DNA of 64,000 nucleotides from Carcharhinus longimanus (GCA_030264375.1 JASCQW010000081.1:29552504-29616503); one strand, 5' to 3'; shown: positions 49,346-62,038, numbered from the stretch's first letter. The notes: a model not told the origin generated them from the letters alone. Made by a program: numbers and translations.

Positions 49346-51891
49346 ACAGCTGTCTTATCCTCCTGTACTCATCGTCAATTGAGTTTACTTCCTTATTTGT
49401 TTATCTTTTCATTATTTCAAAAACTCTTAAGTAAGTTGGCAAATATTTCAAAATCATTTGTGGAATTTTGAATGAAACCTTGCATCTCAACACCAGAGAA
49501 TGTGATGTGCCATTGCATTACTGTCCTCTAATCAGCATTGAAATCTTAATGCAGGTATTGGGCTCAAGGGTCCTTCCCTGGAAACTACAATCCACATCAG
49601 ACGCTGCCGTCTTTGATATCCAGGTCATGGCGCAGTGATCCTCTCCTCTTTGGATCTGGGATTAACAGCAGAAGCCGGCCTGACCCACCTTTCATCACCT
49701 TCCATCCCCATTTTAAGTGGATCAAGCTCTTTGGGAAATCAGTCTGGTTTCTGTTATTGTATTCCTCCTACCCAGATCCCAGGACCCAAAATCCAGAAGA
49801 TCCCTTTATTTGGTATCCACCTGGACTTGAGCTTCCTGGATAGGGCGTCCGGTGCCTGTAATTCATCTTTCACTTGGTGATTTCCCAATTGTGACCAAGA
49901 GTTTCTGCTAACTTGCTCTGATCCAGCTGAAATCAGCCAAACCAGTGGAATTTTGAGTTCAAGCTACATCTCATGTACATGAAGTTTCGAGCCTTCAATA
50001 ATGGTTTTAAAACATTGCACTGGAACCCAGCCCCCCTCAAAGTTGGCCATACTCTGAGTGAAATAAGCTTGTGCAAGTGTCTGTTGATTGTATCTGCAAC
50101 TGTTCAAGGGGGCTCTTCAAATTAAGTTAGTGTTTAGAAGCACAAGCACTAATAGCCATGTTTTAAAAGATTTTAAATAATAAAAAAAAATTAAATTGCT
50201 AAGAAAGTAACCAGTGGACACCAATGAAATTAGTAAATGGTTCAGTTGGGTATTTTTAAAAATTATTTGTAATGATTTTAAAATCAGGCTTCTCACAGAT
50301 GGAGGACTAGACACTTGTTAAAAATTCTTATTTTTTTGATAGAAACATTTTCAGCTGCATTAAATGAGTTGTACAAGGCTACCACTCTCAAACACACCAA
50401 GGTAGATTTTTTTGCAAGGGTAAAAAATAAACAATTACATCCTATTAAATTGCCAAATTGTGGTAGCATATGACAATCTTATTTGTGATAGAATATTTTC
50501 CATTTGTGATTATGCAAATAGGCTTCGGTTGAAACTTCTCCATCACTTCGCTTAAATATAAACAGAAAATCTCGAGCGTAATTTGTGCCTTGACTGTTGA
50601 TTGCTGCCAAAGTGGAATCCTGATCCCTTAATGTTTTAAGTGGCAATCCCATATAAATGTGTAAAGTAGCTCAGGGCACATGTTTTCCAGTGTGGGAAAG
50701 CACAGCAGCAATAACCTTCAAAATCAGCCATTTGATGATTGCTGTCAACTTCTACATGGTTCTTAACAGCACAGTTAAAAATCTGGCCCCTGGGCTAGAA
50801 AGAGTTAATTTGATTCCATATTCAAATTAATACCACTTGTCTCTCATGACATTACAAGGAACCTGTGCTTATTACAGGAACCTACAGTTCTGACAAGTCC
50901 TTGCCACAGGAAACACATTTTAAAAATCATTGTCCTTCTGGTAACATAATTTTCTGGTAAAACTGCCTGCAGCATTCCTAATTGGAAACTATGATTTATA
51001 TAGGAACAATCTTGTTTCACAGTGACCAATTCTAGGATATGGCAGCTTGTCTATGCAAGACACAAAAACTCTTTCACGCTTTGAAAAATGGTAAGCCACA
51101 GATTGTTTATGGTGGAATTTGCTAGCCTGCTTTCCATTTCCATTCTCGTACTATATCTCAGTTCTGTAACACTGTACCATACTAGTTACAGGTAGATTAA
51201 TAATGTTTTGTATTGTATTTCTTTAAAATCATTTCTTGACCTTGTGAAAAGTCTCCTTTACAGCTAACAAAGGCAAGGCCTTCTGTCCCTTGTACAATCT
51301 ATTTACAATTGTAAAGTGCATCATTATTCAGGTTATAGTGGCAGTATAGAATGTGTTCTATTAAACTTCTCTATTCAAAATGTACAATTGACTGTACAAA
51401 ATAATGTTGGCTGCAGCACCTGAAAATCAAACTGCACTTTGCTATAAAATTAACTCTGAAGAGAGGAAGGCCAAAATGAAGCAAAGCAAAGTGAAGTCAA
51501 GTGGAATGACTCCACTTGTGCATGTGCAGGGAAATGATTCGTTAAAACTGCAGTATATTTTTGTGCTGGGCAACATTAGTTGTACTTAACATCTATTAAA
51601 TACTGTACATTTTGCTGCATCTTTTTAGTCAACCATTATCCTGTCACACCAATCAATTATCTCTTAGCCCTCACACTGTTTTTCCATTGAAATAATTTTG
51701 GTGGTTATTCAATGTCAAAAACAACCACGGAATAGAGGATGCAATGAATGTATTCAGCTTATCTTTTACTTATATTTGAACTAACAAATTAACTGCAAGG
51801 GCAACAGTTTGGTGGTGTGAATTTCATACTTTCATCACTCTTTGTGAGAAAATACATTTCCTTTTTTCTCTCTTGAATAACACATCTCATT

Positions 51892-52187
51892 GGGTGGCAC
51901 ATTGGCACAGTGGTTAGCACTGCTACTTCACAGTGCCAGAGACCTGGGTTCGATTCCGGGCTTAAGTCACTTTCTGCATATTCTCCCTATGTCTGTGTGG
52001 ATTTCCTCTGGGTGCTCCAGTTTCCTCCCACAGTCCAAAAGACGTGCTGGTTAGGTGCATTCATGATGCTAAGTTCTCCCTCAGTGAAACACGAACAGAT
52101 ACCAGAGTGTGGCGACTAGGGAATTTTCACTGTAACTTAATTGCAGTGTGAACGTAAGCCTACTTGTGACACTAATAAATAAACTTA
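51892..52187 (+). mobile_element. HE1 SINE, gtaagcc-tail subfamily
   Basis: A-box tggcacagtgg, B-box ggttcgattcc, and tail gtaagcctacttgtgacactaataaataaac. Confidence 0.93.
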
Positions 52188-52364
52188 AGATTGCTCCACC
52201 AAACAAAGTAACTTCTTTGCAAGTGCTCTAATGAATCTTTTAAAATCATTTTCAGCAAATATGATCGGCGCAACTTGTGGGCCGAAGGGCCTGTTTGTGC
52301 TGTAGTTTTTCTATGTTCTTTCAATTAATTACCTTTAACCTTTTGAGGCCAAAGCATTGACTGA

Positions 52365-52525
52365 TTTTGAGAAGAAATTAGGTAAAGCTTTTGGGGCTAA
52401 AGCCATCAAGGGATAAGGGGGGATCAGGATATTCAACGTGATGATCAGCCATGATCAAAATGAATGGCGGAACAGGCCCAAAGGGCTGAATGGCCTGCTC
52501 CTGCTTCTCGTTTCTATGTCTGTAT
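52365..52525 (+). mobile_element. HER1 3' end
   Basis: ggggctaaag..atcaaggga...gatcagccatgatc..tgaatggcgg..ggctgaatggcct.ctcctgctt. Confidence 0.85.
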
Positions 52526-52789
52526 GTTAAACAGAATGGAATGCAATCAAGGTTTCTGCAATCATCATAATTTATACCTTTATAATTTATAATTTCATAA
52601 TTTAAACCTTTAAGCCAGTACCATTCTGCAGAGAATGGCACAAACATGATGGGCGGAATGGCCTGCTTCTTCACTGCACATTCTATGATTATGTCACCAA
52701 GCAGCCACTCATTTCATGCATTTGTAGAAGGGGATTGTGCATCATGTTGCGCAGGGGAGGAACCAAATAGCCAACAACAACTTACACAG

Positions 52790-53035
52790 AGGTTTAGAGG
52801 TTTACAGCATGGAAACAGGCCCTTTGGCCCAACTTGCCCATGCTGCCCTTCTGTTTTTAAAATGCCTAAGCTCATTCCAATTGCCTGCATTTGACTCATA
52901 TCCCTCTGTACCCATCATACCCATGTAACTATCCAAATGTTTTTTAAAAGCTAAAATTGTACCCGCCTCTACTACTACCTCTGGCAGTTTGTTCCAGACA
53001 CTCACCACCCTCTGTGTGAAAAAATTGCCCCTCTG
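52790..53035 (-). mobile_element. HER1/CR1 3' end
   Basis: Minus frame reads QRGNFFTQRVVSVWNKLPEVVVEAGTILAFKKHLDSYM. Confidence 0.9.
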
Positions 53036-53384
53036 NNNNNNNNNNNNNNNNNNNNNNNNNNNNNNNNNNNNNNNNNNNNNNNNNNNNNNNNNNNNNNNNN
53101 NNNNNNNNNNNNNNNNNNNNNNNNNNNNNNNNNNNAAATTGCAGACACATCTGCACCCACCACCAAATTTAGACTCCAGAATGGAAAATTCTGCAAATAA
53201 GGACATGGACGTTTTTATAGGAACATCACAACCACCTCTTTGTAACAGGGTTCAATATTAAAACGTTCCACAGAATATGAAATCGCGCAAACCTTTTCTT
53301 TAAGGTTTTAGACCATTCACCAACCCACACCCAAACTGTGAAGATCGCAGCACTCTTCTGGTGGCCATCATGTTGGACATGTTT

Positions 53385-53590
53385 TTAGTCATCCATGGGA
53401 CATGGGTGTGGCTAGCTGGCCAGCATTTATTGCCCACCCTTAGTTGCCCTTGAGAAGGTGGCGGCGGTGAGCTGCCTTCTTGCTGCAGTCCGTGTTCCAC
53501 GGGTTGACCCACAATGCTGTTAGGGAGCGAATTCCAGTATTTTGACCCAGCAACTGCGAAGGAACAGCGATATATCTCCAAGTCAGGCCA
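53385..53590 (-). mobile_element. L2/CR1-like LINE 3' end
   Basis: gccagcatttattgcccacccttagttgcccttgagaaggtgg. Confidence 0.8.
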
Positions 53591-53629
53591 TTGAGTCATC
53601 CAGCTTTATGCCAGTCTCATTACCATTGA

Positions 53630-53828
53630 AGCCCTACAGTGCAGAAGGGGGCCATTTGGCCCATTGAGTCTGCATCGATCACAATCCCACCCAGGCCCTA
53701 TTCCCGTAACCCCATATATTTACCCTGCCAATCCCCCGACGCTCGGGTCAATTTAGCATGGCCAATCTTTGGACTGGGGAGGAAACTGGGTCCATGGAGC
53801 GGCGCTAATCACTGTGCCACCGTGCCGC
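53630..53828 (-). mobile_element. Internally deleted HE1 SINE
   Basis: Tail ccctacagtgcagaagg..gccatttggccc and head cactgtgccaccgtgcc, with a shortened core. Confidence 0.85.
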
Positions 53829-54104
53829 GCAGTCAAAGTGGAGAATGTGGGCAACTAAGGTTTGGGTTGGCCTGAAGTTGAGGTCCATCATCCACAATTC
53901 CATTCGGCTTCCACTAACTTTGTGAAAAGGGGGTTGGAAAGGGCCTTATCGGGGCATGCAGGTGAGACCAAGAATATCTAGATGGTGGGGCAGAGCCATT
54001 GGACTGAATGGTTAACCTCTACTCTTACAGCATACTTGCTTCCCAGTCCATTTCCTGGCCTTCATAATGCACTCCAGCTAGCGTGCGGTGGAAATGTACA
54101 TGGA

Positions 54105-54400
54105 GGGCCAAGAAATTAACCCCAGGGAAATAAAAGCAAGAGAAATCGGAGGCGAGGAGCAGAGGAATGTTCAGTATGCTGCAAACAACAGCTGGCAGAT
54201 AATTCACAAGGGCACGTCATATTAAGAAAGAAAAAACATTGATTGCGCTGCATTGACAGCGCAAGACTCTTACACAAAGCAAACATCTCTAACGCTGTCA
54301 ATGCACTTGCCCTCGATTTGCTACTGGTCATGTAAACAGCAGAACTAAAGCAAAATGACAATTGACATTTTTGACGTTATTTCAAGCCAAATGATCACTT
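54105..54400. promoter_or_regulatory. Candidate conserved non-coding element
   Basis: Unique CpG-retaining block with an inverted TGCATTGACAGCG pair, TGTAAACA (54331), CAGCTG, and an EBF-like CCCCAGGGA. Confidence 0.45.
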
Positions 54401-54532
54401 AAGGCAGTGTGGAGTTATGTCTAAATGCGGAGTGAACATTCTAAATGCAAGAGAAGGGAAATGGGGAGAGAGAATATTCTCCTCTCTTTGTTACGGATTA
54501 CTGAATATTCAGGATGGTGAATCACAATATCT

Positions 54533-54852
54533 TAGAATCCTACAGTACAGAAGGAGGCCTTTCGGCCTGTCGGGTCTGCACTGACAACAATCCCACTCAG
54601 GCCCCATCCCAGTAACTCCACATATTTGTCCCGCCAATCCCTCTAACCTATGTATTTTGGGACACTAAGGAGTAATTTAGAATGGTCAATTGGCATAACC
54701 TACACATCTTTGGACTGTGGGAGGAAATCCACATGGACACGGGAGAACGTGCAAACTCCACTTTGACAGTGACTCAAGCCGGGAATCAAACCCATGTCAC
54801 TGGGAGCGGGGGGCAAACGTTGTGAGGCAGCAGTGCTAACAACTGTGCCACT
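54533..54852 (-). mobile_element. HE1 SINE
   Basis: Tail, core and head (gtgaggcagcagtgctaac.actgtgccac). Confidence 0.9.
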
Positions 54853-55399
54853 GTAATTGTACACCTTAACGTACAACTATTTAGGTACAACTACATCTAA
54901 ATTTTGACAAGACGTTTAAAAATTCATGTTTGCAGTTGTACTCTGTCTTATGACCATTGTGGGTGACAATGTAGTTTTGCAACTTGTCGGTCTTTTGCGT
55001 TGGGATTAATGAGATGCTTTTGCATCGCAATGTGTCACCTCATTTTCTATCCTTTTTGCGATGTTCGAACTGGGGCAGAAAGCAGTTATTAGTGGGAATG
55101 GAGATATTGAGAAGTTGTTCATGAATAAAGGAAAGACAGACACATTATACCTTCAGACGTGCAAACTGTTTCAGAAAACGCACAAATGAATAAATGCAGG
55201 ACCCCAGTATCGTTTGAGAGGTGACTGAAAGCTGCTCGAGATGCAGGCGAACACAGCATCCTCCACAGAATGCACTAATCAACTGAACACAATGTTATAC
55301 AGCATTCTCCTTTCACACTTTGCAAAATTCCTAATCCAGCCATCAAAGCAGCCAAATATTAAAGCCTGAATTTTCAGTGTAGCAAGCGAGCGCAATTGT

Positions 55400-56152
55400 C
55401 AAATCCCTACCTTGCAGCAGGAGGCCATTCAGCCCATTGAGTCTGCACCAATAACAATCCCACCCCAAGTACAAAGAGCAAAGAAAATAACAGCACAGGA
55501 ATAGGTCCTTCGGCCCTCCAAGCCTGCACCGACCATGCTGCCCGACTAAATTAAAACCTTTCTGGGGACCATGTCCCTGTATTCCCATCCTATTCATTTA
55601 TCTAGACACCCCTTAAAAGTCACTATCGTATCTGCCTTCACTGCATCCCCCCGCAACGGGTTCCAGCACCCACAACCCTTTAAGTAAAACAGTTGCCTTG
55701 TACATCTCCATTAAATCTTGTTCCTCACATCTTAAACTTACGCCCCCTACAAATTGACTCATCCACCCTGGGAAAAAGCTTCTGACTATCCACTCTGTCC
55801 ATGCCCTCATAATCTTGTAGACTTTTATCCGGTGGCCCCTCAACCACCCAGGCCCTGTCCTCATAACTTCATATATTTGCCCTGCTAATCCCCCTGACAC
55901 TGTGGGCCAATTTACCATGGCTGATCAACCTAATCTTTCACAATAACTTCATTGCAGTGTTAACGTAAGCCTACACTAATAAATAAAGTTTAAACCGCAC
56001 ACCTTTGGACTGTTGGAGGAAACCAGAGCACTGGGAGGAAACCCACACGGACATGGGGAGAATGTGTGAACTCCACTCAGAGTCGCCAAGACCAGAATTA
56101 AATCCAGGTCCATGGCCCTCTGAGGCAGCGGTATTGATCACTATGCTATCCA
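55400..56152 (-). mobile_element. HE1 SINE carrying a nested HER1 3' end (55468-55843, -) and an opposite-strand tail (55935-55993, +)
   Basis: HE1 breaks at aatcccaccc|caggccc with ccaccc repeated, and again at caacctaat|ccgcacacctttgg. Confidence 0.85.
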
Positions 56153-56335
56153 CAATCAGAAGCACCAGAAGCAGATGTGTAATCTGATCCAATTCACATT
56201 CGGCATCGGAACTGAGGACAGAATGGATGCGTGTGGGGGAATTAAATTCAGCTCCCTGAAAGCTGGAAGCTTGTGAGCACTGCCTCAAGGGGTTGCTTAG
56301 CATATTGGAAAACTCTGGTCATCTTTCTTGCTTTG

Positions 56336-56680
56336 GAGCGGCATGGTGGCACAGTGGTTAGCACAGCTGCCTCACCACTCCAGGGACCCAGGTTAGATTC
56401 CGGCCATGAGTGACTGTGTGGAGTTTGCACATTCTCCCCGTGTCTGCGTGGATTTCCTCCGGATGCTTCCGGTTTCCTCCCAGAGTCCAAAGATGAGCAT
56501 GTTAGGTGATTTGGCCGTGCTAAATTGCCCCGTGTGTGCCAAGATGTGTTGGTGAGATGGATTAGCCATGGTAAATGTGCAGAGGTATGGGGCAGGGGAG
56601 AGGCCCAGGTACTCTGTCAGAGAGGCTGTGTAGACTCAATGGGCCGAATGGTCTCCATCTGCACAGCAAGGATTCTATGG
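56336..56680 (+). mobile_element. HE1 SINE
   Basis: gcggcatggtggcacagtggttagcac head, core, and gggccgaatgg..ggattctatg tail. Confidence 0.93.
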
Positions 56681-56903
56681 GATAGGGCTGCTCCTGTGTC
56701 CAGATTGGCATCATTGTGCGGAACCCATGCCAGGCACGAGGGGAATACCCGGAGACTGTCCACCCCCACGTTTCTCAGTTGGGTGTTTTAGGATTCTGCT
56801 GAAGGCAGTCAGCAACAGTGGACATGTGACGCTGCCACAGGGTGGCAAGAAGAGGTCACTTCGTATCGCCAAACAGCCTGGACTGAAGTGGCAGGCCCAG
56901 TTA

Positions 56904-57038
56904 GATAAAAGCAAATTACCGCGGATGCTGGAATCTGAAACACAAACGAAAAATGCTGGAAAATCTCAACGGGTCTGACAGCATCTGTGGAGAGAGAATA
57001 GAGCTAACGTTGAGTCTGGATGACCCTTCGTCAGAACG
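56904..57038 (-). mobile_element. PLE terminal fragment (second family) with damaged hammerhead
   Basis: Minus strand reads CTGACGA-agggtc-atcca-gactc-(GAAA lost)-aacgttagctc, then ctctccacagatgctgtcagacc. Confidence 0.75.
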
Positions 57039-57219
57039 GTGAATGGCGAAGAGTTTTCCGCCTGGCAGGAATCCCATTTTAGCCTTGACGCCTGATTCAG
57101 CAGGATGTTGGGATTGCCATCAGCAACAACTGGGACCAGTGAATCCCCCACCCCCCCACATGTCTCAATGCTTGTTAAAATTCAATCCTGTTGGTTTTCC
57201 CGTTGGTGTATGCTGCATT

Positions 57220-57390
57220 CACAGAATCACAGAGTACCATAGTGCAGAAGAAGCCCTTTGGCCATTGAGTCCGCACCGATACACGAAAGGCCCTAACCTG
57301 CCCACTTAATCCCACTTGCCAGCACTTGGCCCATAGCCTTGAATGCGATGGCATGACAAGTACTCATGCAAGTACTTTTTAGAGGATGTC
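57220..57390 (-). mobile_element. HER1 3' end
   Basis: (acagaatc)n tail and agtgcagaagaagccctttggcc. Confidence 0.75.
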
Positions 57391-57419
57391 TAGTTTTGTA
57401 TTCACATAAAATGCGGAGT

Positions 57420-57692
57420 GCAGGCAGCACGATGGTTAGCGCTGCTGCTTCACAGCGCCAGAGACCATGGTTCAATTCCCGGCTTGGGCTACTGTCTGTG
57501 TGGAGGCTGCATGTTCTCCTTGTGTCTGCGTGGGTTTCGTACAGGTGTTCTGGTTTCCTCCTACATTCTGAAAGATGTACTGGTTAGGTGCATTGACCTG
57601 AACAGGTGCCTGACTGTGGCAACTAGGAGAATTCCACAATAGTTTAATTGCAATGTTAATGCAAGCCTTGCTCGTGACTAATAAATAAACTT
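57420..57692 (+). mobile_element. HE1 SINE, gtaagcc-tail subfamily
   Basis: ggttagcgctgctgcttcacagcgccag head and aataaataaac tail. Confidence 0.9.
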
Positions 57693-57772
57693 GGTATAAT
57701 TGGCTTTTTTGTAACTGTTTTTAATCAATACTTGGAGCTTGCAGTAACCCGAGTTGTTAAAAGGTTCTGCAG

Positions 57773-58112
57773 TTAGACCATAAGACATAGGGGCAGAATT
57801 AGGCCATTCAATCCATCGAGTCTGCTCCACCATTCAATCATGGCTGATACTTTTCTCATCGTAAAAAGTCTGACAACACCAGGTTTAAGTCCAGGTGTTG
57901 TCAGACTTTTTACTGTGTTTACCCCAGTCCAACGCCGGCACATCCACATCATGACTTTTCTCATCCCCATTCTCCTGCCTTTTCTCCATAATCCCTGATC
58001 CCCTTATTAATCAGGAACCTATATATCTCTGTATCAAAAACAGTGACCTGGCCTCCACAGCCTTTTGTGGCAATTCGTCACTCTCTGGCTGAAGAAATTC
58101 CTTCTCATCTCT
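57773..58112 (-). mobile_element. HER1 3' end interrupted by a PLE mini-insertion
   Basis: tagaccataagacatagg.gcagaattaggcc tail. Collinear with 1080-1336 in reverse. Confidence 0.9.
57861..57953 (+). mobile_element. 93-bp Penelope-like mini-insertion with hairpin and 12-bp TSD
   Basis: TSD acttttctcatc (57849-57860 and 57954-57965). Perfect 20-bp inverted arms at 57861-57880 and 57894-57913. Confidence 0.9.
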
Positions 58113-58484
58113 GACTAGCTCAACTACAGGGTAGAGAAACTCTGATCTTACCCATTGATGCAAACAACTGGGAGATGCTGCTGTTTTTCATAACCTGAAA
58201 GTGATTTGCTATGCTCTTCAATGCAAGCATGGTCAACATTTTCAATTTAAATGTTAATGTTCTTTCAATTTCAGTGCCATTCTTTTCAGATTGCAACTTT
58301 TTACTCATATGTGAGATATCAATGCGGATGTCAGTGCATCAGTAAAGATGAATCTTTTGCTTTGAGCAAATGCTCAGAAACAAAGCAAGAAAATTAGTCT
58401 TCAAGTAGTTTGTATACATTTCTTCAAAAGTAACCAGTTTTAAGAGGGAGCGATTTTTTTTTTTGCCATTGCTCCCTGTTCCAA

Positions 58485-58912
58485 ATTCTGTCCACCATCT
58501 ACAAGGCACAAGTCAGGAGTGTGATGGAATACTTCCCACTTGCCTGGATGAGTGCAGCTCCAACAAGACTCAAAAAGCTTGATATAATCCAGGACAAAAC
58601 AGCCCACTTGATTGGCACCACATCCACAAACATCCACTCCCCTCACTACCAATGCTCAGTAGCAGCAGTGTATACCACCTGCAAGTTCCCCTCCAAGCCA
58701 CTCACCATCCTGGCTTGGAAATATATCACCATTCCTTCGCAGTTGCTGGGCCGACATCCCGGAATTTCCTCCCTAATGGCGCTGTGGGTTAACCACAGTG
58801 TGTGGACTGCAACGATTCAAGAAGGCAGCTCACCACCACCTTCTCAAGGGCAACTAGGGGTGGGCAATAAATGCTGGCCAGCCAGTGATGCCCATGTCCC
58901 ACGAATGAATAC
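58485..58912 (+). mobile_element. L2/CR1-superfamily LINE 3' end
   Basis: IYKAQVRSVMEYFPLAWMSAAPTRLKKLDIIQDKTAHLIG (RT C-terminus) and caccaccaccttctcaagggcaactaggg..ggcaataaatgctggcc tail. Confidence 0.85.
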
Positions 58913-60299
58913 AAAAAAGAATCATTAGGGTGACTAAAAGCTTGACCAAAAAGGTAGGTATTAGAGAAGGTCTTAAAGAAGCAGATAAAAGTTGATGTGT
59001 TTAAATACTCACAGACTCAATTCCTGCATAGAGTTCTTCGCCCATATAGATCTGCAGACTTTGTGATAACACCCACAACATCCATGGGGAATCACTGATT
59101 GATCTCCCTGTGGGGCTTGTTATTTTGAGTTCCCCTAGTAACAGGCAGTGGAATTCACTCCCTGAGCTTTTTATAAGGCAAGCTCAGGACTGAGCCTGCT
59201 GAACTGTAGCCCCAGGCAAGGACTAGTATGTGTACAAGGGTTCTTCAATGCCTAGAAATTCCCATTCATATCTGTCAGCTTCCTGTAGAGGAAGCATACA
59301 GAAGGAGCATTAGGATAAGTTATAAAAGGTACACACACCATGCATCCATCACTTGGAACAAGCACTGGGGTAAAATTCTGTACATTAGACATGAACACTC
59401 ATCGTTTCTAGAGTATAACGTTTGGTTATAATTTATTTCAATCTTGTCTAGAGATTGGGTGGTCAAGAATAAAATAACAGTTGACAAAATTTAGTTGAAA
59501 CACAAACATAAGTCAATCTTGGGGTGCTGTATTGACTGCTATTATATTATAGTAGTGAATTGGGCAGCTCATAAATTTGTGTGCGTTTTTAACTTTTGTT
59601 CATAAAATGCAGGCACAATAGAGATCTAACTTCAGAATAATTGGTTGAACTTCTCTGGGTTAATAAACTGTGTAGCATGCAACAGACTGTGATGAATTTG
59701 AAGACCTTAGTGGAACTGTGCTGTAACACACTCACACAAGTACAGATTCAAAATGTTCTATAGCATGTTTTCAGTGATAATGTGGCTACCCAGTAGACTA
59801 TTCTAACCAGCACTAAAATCCACACCTGACTCTGACAGTTTTAAGGAAAAAGCATGTAATTTGAGGTGCCTGGAATCATGCTAAAGGATAGCNNNNNNNN
59901 NNATCTATATGATGCTCCAACCACAAAAACAAGGACTGAACATTATATCTAATGTCATCTTGGTGCTGAAATGCATTAATGCATCCAAATTCACTACTTT
60001 TTAAAAAAAATCTTCATGGTCAATATTTTCAAGAAGAAAAATATTGAAGCAGCATTTGCACAGTTAAAACAAAATTTTGTAGTTGATATGCTGTGGTGAT
60101 CTGGAATAAAAATATATCTTGATAATGTGCACTGTCACTCAATAAACTTGACTTGATTACTTCCCAGACATTAATTCTTCACTGTGAATTTGATAACATA
60201 TCAACTGCAAAGAACTTCCTCGCAGACAGAGGCTGCCATCGTATGCACTTTGAGAAAACAGGAATAAAACTACTGTAATATCATTATGGGATATTTAAA

Positions 60300-60323
60300 A
60301 ACACACACACACACACACATACA
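60300..60323. repeat. (AC)n microsatellite
   Basis: acacacacacacacacacatacac. Confidence 0.85.
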
Positions 60324-61625
60324 CTGCATGGACACGAGAAATAGTAATCTTCTATCTGAATTCAGGTGAAGGTTGTAAGATACACATCGTGATGTCATCT
60401 TAATCCTTCCATAAGATTACTGCCAACTCGGCACTTCCAGGTATGACATTCATTATTTATTTTATTGCTTGCTACAGGGAAATACTGTGACTTGTATCTA
60501 TTATAAAAGAGATTACAAACGCCGTAAAAATCAGATCTCTATTTGCAGTGGAGTGAGAGAGAAAATGAAAAGGGATTGTCCAGGAATGCTATAGCGATCC
60601 TTGAAAATGGTGAAAGTGGATAGAACACTGAACTGGCATTATTGAAAATGAGCAATACAAATTGTATAAGTGAGCATCAAGCCATGGTTGTGCTTAGAAC
60701 CTGAAGGTGGTTCATGCACATCACATCATGTACTAGTTATACAGGTTTGACAGGATAGCAGGGAAACTGGCTAATTTTGTGGCCCAGATTTTACTGTTGT
60801 TCTGATGGCAAAATTGTCAGCATTTGCCATCACTTTCTGCAAAACTGACAGCACCTTCTGCGTGCACAGTCAAATGCGGATCCAGAAGTTGCTGTCAGTG
60901 GCAAAAAGAGATGGAGAATTTTGTTTTTGCACTGTAAATTATGATCTAGAGTGCTTTGCCTGAAAGGGTGATGGAAGGACATTCAATATGAATTTCAAAA
61001 GGGAATTGCTAAATAATTGGAGGGGGAAAATTGCAGAGCAGGGAAGGGACTAATTAGATAACTCTTTCAAAGGATAGTACAGGCATGATGGGCCAAGTGG
61101 ACTCCTTGTGTGCTCTAAGATTTTTTGATTTTCTGTTTGTCCACATGGTCCACTGTTGAAGTCCTCACAGAGGCAAGTCAAACAGAAATCACTAAATGGC
61201 ATAAACTTGCACATTTTACACTAATATTCTAGCTGTAAAAACTGTTGAGGAACTTATGTCTTATTGAATGATGTGTAACTGGATTTTGAAAGGGGAACCA
61301 ACTCATAATGTCTCTGGCTCTTAACAACTAAATAAATTAACAATTAACTTACAGTGCAAAAACAAATGTTATTTCATGACAATTCCTTAGATATTCAAAA
61401 TAATTTTAAAAATGTAAAGTTTGTATGATATTTCAGCTTCTCCCTTAATCCTAAGTGCATGTTTCAATCTTTATTTAACTTCTCTAAAATTAAAAAAACC
61501 TGCTTGTTATGTGCAGGTTTGCTCTCTGTGAGAATTCTTCAGTGTGATTGGTTGGTTAGTCTGCTTGATGATGTCACTCACTATTTTTGGAAGCCTGGAA
61601 TCCCATAGCCAGCGCCAGAAAGAAC

Positions 61626-61673
61626 GGGCGGGATTTTCCTGCCACATTCGTCCTGAAACTGGAAAATCCTGCC
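61626..61673. repeat. Miniature inverted repeat made of two TIR-like ends
   Basis: gggcgggattttcc ... ggaaaatcctgcct (12/14 complementary) with a ~20-nt spacer. Confidence 0.55.
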
Positions 61674-62038
61674 TGGGGTCAATGGACCTTTGGTCTGTCT
61701 CTTGCCTATTATGATTCCCATGGTGGGAGGAACAGGAAAATTCGCCCTGTGTTATGTCAGGAAAAGTGAAATCCACACCACAAAACTTGCTAAATTATTG
61801 AAGGTATCTTTCTTTGGAATCAGCAGCAAGTGCCGTCCCTTCACTGTTGACCCTGAAATCCAGGTTGACATGGTCACTAGAATTTAAAGTGCACAACATA
61901 AAAGACATTCATTTTTGTTTATAATTGTACATTAAATTCACATGCTTATCAACTGGCAAATTCAGTGTCTGCCATGTACATGCTTTTACTTCAAACATTT
62001 CTTTAATTTATTCATGAGATGTGTGTATCAGTGACAAG

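Larger units (their letters stand above)
5065..59902. other. Assembly gaps (N runs) scattered across this span
   Basis: N runs at 5065-5164, 6153-6252, 11217-11316, 11877-12187, 19846-19945, 23879-23978, 26071-26080, 37499-37598, 41728-41731, 46270-46369, 53036-53135 and 59893-59902. Most are placeholder 100-N gaps. Confidence 0.97.

Noticed and set aside
51892-51965. tRNA gene-like A and B boxes
   Set aside because: These are HE1 SINE heads that continue into the SINE core, not tRNA genes.
57001-57036. Second hammerhead (minus strand) as a functional ribozyme
   Set aside because: The GAAA core is broken and it is antisense to ERI3; kept only as a TE remnant.
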